This document shows positions 55,663 to 64,000 of a stretch of DNA of 64,000 bases, in pieces. The position numbers were made by a program, and so were the translations under genes. Each line of letters starts with the position of its first letter. The first letter of the stretch is position 1. Source of the DNA: Takakia lepidozioides (lineage: Eukaryota; Plantae; Bryophyta); NCBI GenBank assembly GCA_030704615.1, contig CM060734.1:22134001-22198000 (forward strand), in the 5' to 3' direction. The notes under the pieces are model-generated. The model ran no database searches and was not told the origin of the DNA. It saw nothing but the letters and a program-made list of their open reading frames with translations.

Positions 55663-58600
55663 ATGGCGAGGTGTGGTAGTCCCTGCTCTTGGAACCAGAC
55701 TAGGCTCAGAGCTCAACATGGGTGGGTGCTAGTGATTGTGGCAATCGCCACTGTTCTGCCTCTTGTCCTCGCTAATTCTGAAGGTGAGGATTCTTCCCTT
55801 CCAATTGTGAACCCCAACTTTGTGAGTAAAAGCCTAAGCTGAGTTGCCGTCTATGAAGCCGTAAATGCCTTGAGTTCAAGATAGTGTGACCCAAAATGTA
55901 AGGCAACCCCATCTAGCTTTGAAAACTCCAGATGTTAAGGGAGGGCAACGAAGCCCAGTGCTATATTTCTGCCGAGCATTGTTTGATGAAATTTCTTTAC
56001 CTGTCTCTTCCATCCTGCAATTCGATTGTTGGCTACTAACTCTAGCATCGACTCATACATAGATTTGTGCGTTATATCTCGCGGATGAATTTATTTACTC
56101 TACTCCGTGCTTTGCAGTAGAGTCTCGGGCTCCTCGTTCCTGTTACGTGGACCGGTGGTCTCTATTCCTGTCTCTTACTGTCGCTTAGATCACTGCCTCT
56201 CTCCTATCTATCTCTGTGTGTCTTTTATCGACAGGTTACGCTCCGCTTATCCTACTTCCCCGTCGTCTAGAACGCTTCTACTTATTTTTGTTGGTCATGG
56301 GAATCCCTATGTGGTTGTGTGGCGCGGGGAGGTTGGGCACAAAGGAGACGATGTTGTAGATGTAGCATGGAGCTATCCAGTTAGAACAGATCAATACCAC
56401 GTTAATTGTAGATGACCTTCTTTCCCATTGACAGCTTGTTGTTGTGGTTGTTGCGGGGTCATACAGGTGATGCACTGTATGCCCTACGACGGAGCTTGAA
56501 AGATCCCTCGAACGTGCTACAGAGCTGGGACCCAACGCTAGTCAATCCGTGCACTTGGTTCCATGTCACATGCGACAGTAACAACCGTGTCATTCGAGTG
56601 TATGTTTCTGTATTTGTGTCTCTCTCCCCCTTGTTTCGTCTGTCCTGATTTTGGTTACGATGGCGAGGGTAGCTCAGCTCACATGCCACAAAGCCATGCC
56701 CAAAAATGGAAAGCAAACAAATCTAGACAATTTACACTAGAGGAATTAGACATAGTTTCTCTGCTTTAAACTTGCTTGGAGTATATGGCTGTCTGTCTCC
56801 GTTTAACAAGTAGTCGCCGGTTGAGGTTGCAGGGATCTAGGTAATGCACGGTTGTCGGGCTCGTTGGTCCCTGAACTTGGGAATATCCAAAATTTGCAGT
56901 ACCTGTATGTATTCTATCTCCCTTCTATTTCCCCTCCTTGCTCCCTCTTTGCCCCACTCTTTTTCTGCTTTCTAGCTTTGAATATGGTGCTAGAATATGC
57001 AATATCATGGACAGGCACAGCTGTTAGAAAATGTCAAACAAGTTGACCCTGTTTCTGTTTGTCTTGACCCTTGGGATAAGGTCTATCATGTGCTTGAGTG
57101 AGAGAGGTAGCAGGAGGATGAAAAGAAGGATGTGCTTATGATCTTTGAAATTGATATGGACAGGGAACTGTACAAGAACAGCCTTACGGGCCACATACCA
57201 GTTGAGCTTGGGAAAATAAAGGTAGCTACCACTTGCGAAATGTACTCCCTGTGCATCCTGTATTACAGGCTCATTTGAATGATGAATTAGTGTTGATGAG
57301 CTCAGTTCAGTACCAACCGTTGATGGCCATGTCTTAATCCTGTCTTATGCTTGTGTCATGCAATTGTGATTCAAGATGCTGGTGAGCCTTGATCTGTATC
57401 ACAACAACTTCACCGGCTCTATTCCCCACTCTCTTGGGAAGCTCTCTTCTCTGTCATTTCTGTAAGACCTCTCCCTCTTGTCTCTCTCCTTAGATTTGAT
57501 GCAGGATGCCTAAGCTGTCCAGCAGAATTCTTTATTGTGTACTTGCCTGTGTTTTGTACATGTTGCACATTACACTATGTTGCAAGTAGGTTTATTCTGG
57601 CAACTCCGTTGTCATTAGACTGTTAAGGGCAGTGAGGGAGGTGACCTGCTAGTATTTCTGTTTGGATGCTGTATAGAGGTTGCTTTTGGGCTGCTTGTTG
57701 AGGGCCTCACTTCTTTATTGTAGTTTGTATAAAAGCTCTTTAATCTTCCCGTGGATGCTGTGAAGTTTATTCCTTCTCTTTTTATTTTAGGTCTTTTAAG
57801 CAGACTGCTTCATGGGAGCTTGCTCCAACAACCTGCCCTGCTTGGAGTCCTGGTAAGATGATGCTGGGCATGCATATAACTTTTAGCTTGGGTTGGGAAT
57901 GTGGCTTCTTACAACAGGCGCCTTAACAACAATCAGTTGACAGGTCGCATACCCCGCCAACTCACGGCTATCTCTAGCCTCAAAGTCGTGTAAGTCTCTC
58001 CCTCATCCTTCGTTCATGCATGCTTGGCTTCAGATTGGTCATATATCATGCCAGTTGACTCATGACTGATGTTAATGGAGTTTGTTGGATGCGTGCTGTT
58101 AATGTTAGCAATTATATTAGATATGTTACTTTTGGAAGCTTGTGTTCACAATTGTTTGGACAACTGCAGGGATATGTCAAATAATAATTTGTGCGGGACA
58201 ATCCCAATATCTGGCTCTTTTGCCCATCTCCAGGCTAAAAGGTGTGTGTGTGTGTATTTGAGAGTGCCCCGTGGAGAATAAAGGGTGTGAGGTTCGTACA
58301 GAGTCCAGGGTTTGTAAGGGTTGACATTGTGCTAATGAAGATTCTTGGTTTTAAGATGTCATATGAACCAGATATAAGCATCCAGACACAGTTGACCATG
58401 GGCATCAGTGATTGAGAGAGCAGAAATGATAACAATTATGATGATGTGGCTTGGAGAGACTCGGTTCTGACGGTTAGAAGTGGAAGGTGGATCAATGCAG
58501 TTTTGGGAACAACCCCCGTCTTAATGAAGACTGCTAATGAAGATTCTTGGTTTGAAGATGATGTCACACTCATGAACCAGATATAAGCATCCAGACACAG

Positions 58601-58798
58601 TTGGCCATGGGCATTCTTTCAGACACGTTCAGTTATTCGGAGAGCAGAAATGATAACAATTATGATGCTGTGGCTTGGAGAAACACTTGGTTCTGACTGT
58701 CGGAAGTGGTTGGTGATCAATGCAGTTTTGAGAACAACCCCCGTCTCAATGGACCCGAGCTTGAGGGCTTCGTACCATACGAAATGTTATGCCACTAG
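55663..58798 (+). CDS. Secreted leucine-rich repeat protein (LRR1/SERK ectodomain-like, no TM or kinase); 8 exons
   Basis: Exons 55663-55783 (signal peptide..ANSEG), 56467-56599 (133 nt, [19 protein letters not shown]), 56833-56904 (72), 57164-57221 + 57376-57461 (58+86=144), 57918-57989 (72), 58170-58241 (72), 58726-58798 ([14 protein letters not shown]). Confidence 0.93.
58331..58752 (+). repeat. ~200-bp tandem duplication spanning the last intron/exon boundary of the LRR gene
   Basis: gctaatgaagattcttggttt...atcaatgcagttttg(g/a)gaacaacccccgtct occurs at 58331-58526 and 58533-58752. Confidence 0.9.
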
Positions 58799-60293
58799 CG
58801 AATGCGTTGAAGCAGTTTCATCCACCGGGGCTGAGGTTGCAAGAGATGGGTTATTCCTCTTGCCTCTAATGACAAATGATAAGAATATTACGTCCTTCCA
58901 CCAGAAAAGGTGCAGTTAGAAAGTTGTGTCACTAAGTGTCTGAACTGGAATGAGAATGGAGAGATGCATCCCTTGGCTGCAGTGGATCTCAGGACCCATT
59001 GTAGATGAACTGCAAAGCGTAGCTTGGACATTTTCATTTTCATTTAGCACGAAGTCCTGGGATCTAAGAGTAGCTGGTTTCTCTTCCCTTTGGAAATATA
59101 TGCTTTCTAGTAGACAGTGTTTCCATCACACATTCCGCCCTGCCTCAGCGGATACATGACTAGAAGCCTTGTAAACAGCTTCTGCTTTTTATTCAGGGTA
59201 TATCTAGATCTTTGAATCAGGGCAGCTGTAGTTATTAGAAGCTGTGTTTTGTACAAACATTATTCAAGCTGTAACAGGTCTCACTTTGAGGTATACATTC
59301 TGGTGGCCATGGTTTGGTTGCTTGCAATCACCAACTTCCTTCTAATCAGTTTGCACATTGGATGCCCATCAGTTCATTTGCAGTAATCTGCTGGTCATGA
59401 AGTGAAAATTTTAGTCCTGCCTGGTACAAATGAAGTCCTGTCTACCTGTATTGTAGATCATCAATCAGATTTGCGCATTGTAAGATGCTGTTCTTCTTTG
59501 AAATGACTTCAGTTAATGGAAGTCTTGGGGGTGATTGGATAGAAAATCAGACCGATCAGACCGATGTGACGTTGAAAGATTCATGTTCCTCTCCACTTTC
59601 GCTGGTGAAGCACTCACTCCCTACTTCAATTTGTTCGCATGGACGCAAACAGCCCAAGCCAGGAACTGCAGGCTTGGACTTGTGACCATTGGAAATAATC
59701 ACAGGAGTAGCACGAGTGCTTGCCCCGGTATCCGTCTAGCTGAACTCTCAAATCCCATGACTTCATCTCCATGAACTGCTTAAGGCTATCGATCAGAGCA
59801 GGGTGTAGTTTTCCAAGAAGCACTCCAGAGAATGTAGTCAAACAAACAGTTTTTCCATACAAATGGACGATTTTCATCCATTTCAAATAAGCGCGGGTAC
59901 CTAGTTTTGGCTTCGAGCACAAGCTATGGCGACAAGGCGATTTCTGTGCCGCGTAGTTTGGTGCTCGTACTCTTCCATCTCTGAATTGCTTATTTGTGTT
60001 TTCAGGCTGTAGGGTTTCTTCCTGAGATTTAGAGAGCTCCTTTTTCGTCTTTTCCTTTGACACGTTTCCTACCCCTTTCGAAATTCGTTTCTTTCTTCTT
60101 TCTTTCTCTTGCGCAGATAGTCACTGCTGTGGATTTTAAGACTGCCATTCATTCGCATGGTATTTCTATGACGTCACAAGCTGAATCGGAAATTCCTAAA
60201 GTGTTTTCTGGTGTAGGCTGAATTGAAATTACGTTGTTGAAAGCACATTATCGTTTTGGATTTTCGTTGCCACGGCAACGGGGACAGAGCGAG

Positions 60294-63200
60294 ATGCCAG
60301 TAGAATTGCTGCAGAGGTATCCATTTACGGTGGATACTTGGACAGAAGCATCAAGAAGGAAGCTTCATCATTTTCTAACACACGCTCACAAGGATCACAC
60401 AGCAGGCATTGAATCTCATGGTTCCTACCCCATTTACTGCTCCTCCATCACTCGAGAACTGGTTCTTCACCGCCATCCAAAGGTTTTTCTTCTGTCTGTT
60501 CACTAGTCAGTCATTTTCAGGTTCTGTGCTTCTTACTCTTTCTCCGTCCGTCCATCCCTTCCCTGTATCCAATACTGGTCACCGCTCGCAACGTCATAAA
60601 CTGCGTTTCCTTTTTCCCGTCCTTGTCTATCAGAATTGATATCTTCTGTTCCTGTGCGTATGGTTGCATTATAGGTCACATTGTTGTGGGGATTATGTCA
60701 GATTTACGACAGGAACACATCCAAGTGTGGAACAGCAGAGAGCTAGAGCTAGGTGTATAGCATAAGTTGGATTGGAAAATGAACTTACCAATGGTTTTTA
60801 TTTCCATGGGGATTTTGCAGTTGAACAAGTCAATATTTAAAACGCTGGTGATAGGGGAGCCAAAGCTTATTACAGATGAAGAGCAATCATTCATTGTCAC
60901 TGCTTTCGATGCTAATCATTGCTTTGGTATGATGTTGTCTTGAAGGAGTGTGATTTCATGGTGTAATCTTGCTCCTATTATCAAAAGTGTGAATTTGAAA
61001 GGGGGCATGAATTCTTTCTTTTGACCTCATGGCTACAATTCGTCAAATGAGATTCATTTTGGAACTGCTGTAGTTGCTCCCTGAATAGACACTATTGGCA
61101 CAATTTCAACATGGAGGAGAGTGTTTTGGCTGGTAGCTTTTCTAATTCCTGGACATCTTCAGTGATTAGGATTGAAGCTCCTCTCTTTGCAGGTTGTGAA
61201 GGTTCTTTCTTGCACTCCTAGCCAAGAAAGGCTATTTTTTCAAGGATATTAACCAACCATGAGAGTGATGTTCAAGAGTCCACACTTGCATAAGAAAGCT
61301 ATCAAGTTGTGTTTACAGCACTTGAAAACCAACTTCACTGTTGCTCTTGATCTTCTCATGACAGGTGCTATCATGCTACTGTTTGAAGGTACCTTTGGGA
61401 ATGTATTGCATACTGGTGACTGTCGTTTAACAACTGACTGCTTGAACAAGCTGCCACACAAGTTTTTCGTCAATGAAGGCAAGGCCAGATCTGGGGCCAT
61501 AGACTGTCTGTATCTGGACTGCACATTTGGCAAGGAGGCCATGGTAATGCCGAGCAGGGAAAATGCAGTCCAGCAGGTACGCAATATTGTCTGGTTTCTC
61601 CTTGCTTGATTGAAGTCATTGCTTCCCATCAGAAACACTTAGTTTTCTCCTGGTTCCACCTGCAAAATAAAGTAAACCTTTACAAGTGCCAAGCTGTTTG
61701 AAAGTAATTTGGAAGGCTCCAAAGTGCCTTGCTGTGAAGACTTTTGCTGTGAGAACTGTTGGCTCTTCCAAATCGAGTTTGAGTGGTTGTTCTAGTCACA
61801 AACCTGTGGAATTATTGGTTGATTTATACTCCCAAAGGGGTGATCATGAACACAATGGAAGCTAGAAGTGCTATGCAATCAGTTATGGTACATCTGTAAG
61901 AAAGTTGACTTCAAATCTTGATTGGGAGGTCACAGGTGATTCGGTGCATATGGAATCAGTCAACTGCGCCCCTTGTCTGCCTTGCTTGTGACCTTCTGGG
62001 GCAAGAGGAGCTGCTCCAAGAAATATCAACCACTTTTGGGATGAAGATCTTTGTTGACAAAAGCAGATTATCTGAATTCTATGCCGATCTGGCTATTGTG
62101 GCTCCTGATCTTCTCACTGATGACCGGGACTCAACTCGATTTCATGTGTGTGCCTCTTGTTACATGAGTGAAGAAGAAAAAACCCAAGGGCATAACTTGG
62201 AAGATGAAAACAAAGAGAAGAAATTGGAAGATGAAGAGTATGAAGAAGTAGACCCAATAGCTGAGGTTGAGACTACAACCAGGACATCCCAACCCGTTGG
62301 ACCTGGATCAAGTGGAGCACTTGGATCACAGGCCAACGAAGGTGTCGGCTCAGGGGGATCAGGCGGGCAGCCTGGATCTGGCTCTGGGGGGACAGGGAGT
62401 GTGGGAAGTAGTGCAACTGGAGCTGGGAATACTGTGAATATAGTGAGGCCAGTAGCAGAGAGTGCTCAGGGGCCAGCTCTTGGTGGAAGTTCCACCACAA
62501 CTACCACAGGTCCTTAAGGACCAGCACCAGCAAGGGGACCAACACCTGTCAGTGGGCAGGGGGTAGGGCCACAGATGGCGTTACAACCAACACGGGCAAA
62601 ACCACCTTTTCCAATATATTCATGAAAAGGGGATCCTGATGTACACATTAGCCAATTTGAGCACATGTGTATAGTGAACAATGAGAATGGCGATGATGCC
62701 AAGATGAGACTATTTCCTTGTTCACTTATAAAGAAAGCAAATGAATGGTATGCAAGATTCCCTGATAATCATTTTCTAACCTGGAATGGCTTGAATACAA
62801 CATTCCAAAATAGGTTCAGGACAAGTAAAACTGAGGATGAAGTGTATGGAAGTTTACAACAGTTAAAGCAAAAGAAGCATGAAACTGTTGAGGAGTATAT
62901 GAAAAAGATGGAATTGATGATGAAAAAGTTGGCTGTTGTACCAGCGCCAGGTTTACAGAAGACTTGGTTTGTGAGTGGACTAAGACCAGAGTTGCAAAAG
63001 AAAGTGGATATGTTACCCCATAATACAGTGGAGGAGGCATTTGAAACAGCGAACAGAATTTAGCAATTGGGAATGCTCAGGAGAGATAAAAGGGATGATG
63101 AGGACTCTGAGGATGAGTCAGATGAGGAAGAAGAGTTTCCCGCCCCTCTCTGTGCTTGTAACAAAAGTGGCTTTCTCTTTCTTTCTCCTGTTTGCTCTTT

Positions 63201-63537
63201 GGTTTCTGTGGTTCTACTGCATTGTTTTGGTTATCCCACAGGCCCTTTGGGCCTCCTGGCAATGTTCTCTGTTTCTTTCTTTCTCTCACACGCATTTGGG
63301 AAGCAAGCCCTGGGCTGTGCTCATTTTTGTCAACTTAAACAAGAGACTGACTGTGTCACAGGTATGTGAAGCATTTCCAAAATTGTATGAGCGAGCCAAG
63401 CAGGCATTTGCAGATGCACGTGCAAAACTTCAACCAGAGCCTCTGTTTATCCGCCCCTCAGCTCAGTGGTACACATATGAAGAAAGGCTCCAAGGCACAG
63501 GATGTGGCATCCTTCCTTCCTCAGGAAATTTATTGAG
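60294..63537 (+). CDS. SNM1/Artemis/Apollo-family beta-CASP metallo-beta-lactamase DNA-repair nuclease (3' end beyond window)
   Basis: Exons 60294-60482 (MPVEL..FTVDTW..HFLTHAHKDH), 60821-60926 (DANHCFG), 61365-61576 (LHTGDCR..LYLDCTF), 61936-62145 (LACDLLGQE), 63362-63537 (FIRPSAQWY). Confidence 0.9.
62159..63135 (+). mobile_element. Isolated ~1-kb internal gag fragment inside an intron of the nuclease gene
   Basis: Highly similar to the reverse complement of ~23520-24483. It carries its own stops (62515, ~62623, 63061) and has no LTR, poly-A or obvious TSD. Confidence 0.92.
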
Positions 63538-64000
63538 GTGAAATGCACATGACATAGATTAAAAGTGCCTGTGATGTGCATGTTGTGATGAACGTAGATG
63601 TATGGGTTTCTGACATCATGATGCCATCAGCATATATTCATCTCTTTGAGCATGTAATTTACTGTTGCCAGCATCAAACCAGTGAGGATCTCGTTGTCTC
63701 TTGCCTGCTTTGTTCGGAGGAGTCCTTAGGGGGCACAGTAGCAACCTGATAGATTTCCTAGCAAATGCATGAGATCTCTCCCTGACACTCTTGCGACAAA
63801 ATGTTGTTCTTGATAGATGGGTATTACATCCGGCTCCACATCTCTGAGCTGCAACAGTAGATGTTTACTCCTACATCTCATATGTTGGTAGTAACTTAAC
63901 ATGACACTCTCCTGGGTTGCTTGTTTATACTTGGTATCTGCACTTCTGTACAAGTTTTCCTGGATTGGGTTTACATTGTGCTACTTGACTGTCAGGCCTG

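Overview
Eukaryotic nuclear DNA from a land plant, most likely a bryophyte-grade species. This is inferred from moss-type PLS PPR motifs, a bryophyte-type SWIM transposase and GT-AG introns. Five apparently intact spliced genes are present: an Mpv17/PMP22 membrane protein (+), a ZFPL1-like zinc-finger protein (-), a UBP24/USP10-like deubiquitinase (+), a secreted SERK-like LRR protein without kinase (+), and a SNM1/Artemis-family nuclease (+, runs off the window). The left 28 kb is a mosaic of decayed material: a SWIM/MULE-like transposase, non-LTR retrotransposons encoding chromodomain + RNase H + CCHC + restriction-like endonuclease (Dualen/RandI-like), a glutathione reductase fragment with a proline iminopeptidase fragment inside one intron, PLS-PPR pseudogenes, a truncated Ty3/Gypsy gag with an extra upstream ORF, and a non-autonomous hAT element with TIRs and an 8-bp TSD. 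Main observations: (1) an inferred ~24.7-kb inversion (14744-39468) whose two junctions reciprocally fuse halves of one PPR-E gene with halves of one LINE; (2) Dualen-like LINEs with a conserved, covarying 3' RNA structure; (3) foreign genomic fragments inserted just after 5' splice sites or as filler; (4) an extra intron splitting a canonical 144-nt LRR exon. All identifications come from motif recognition by eye; no searches were run.
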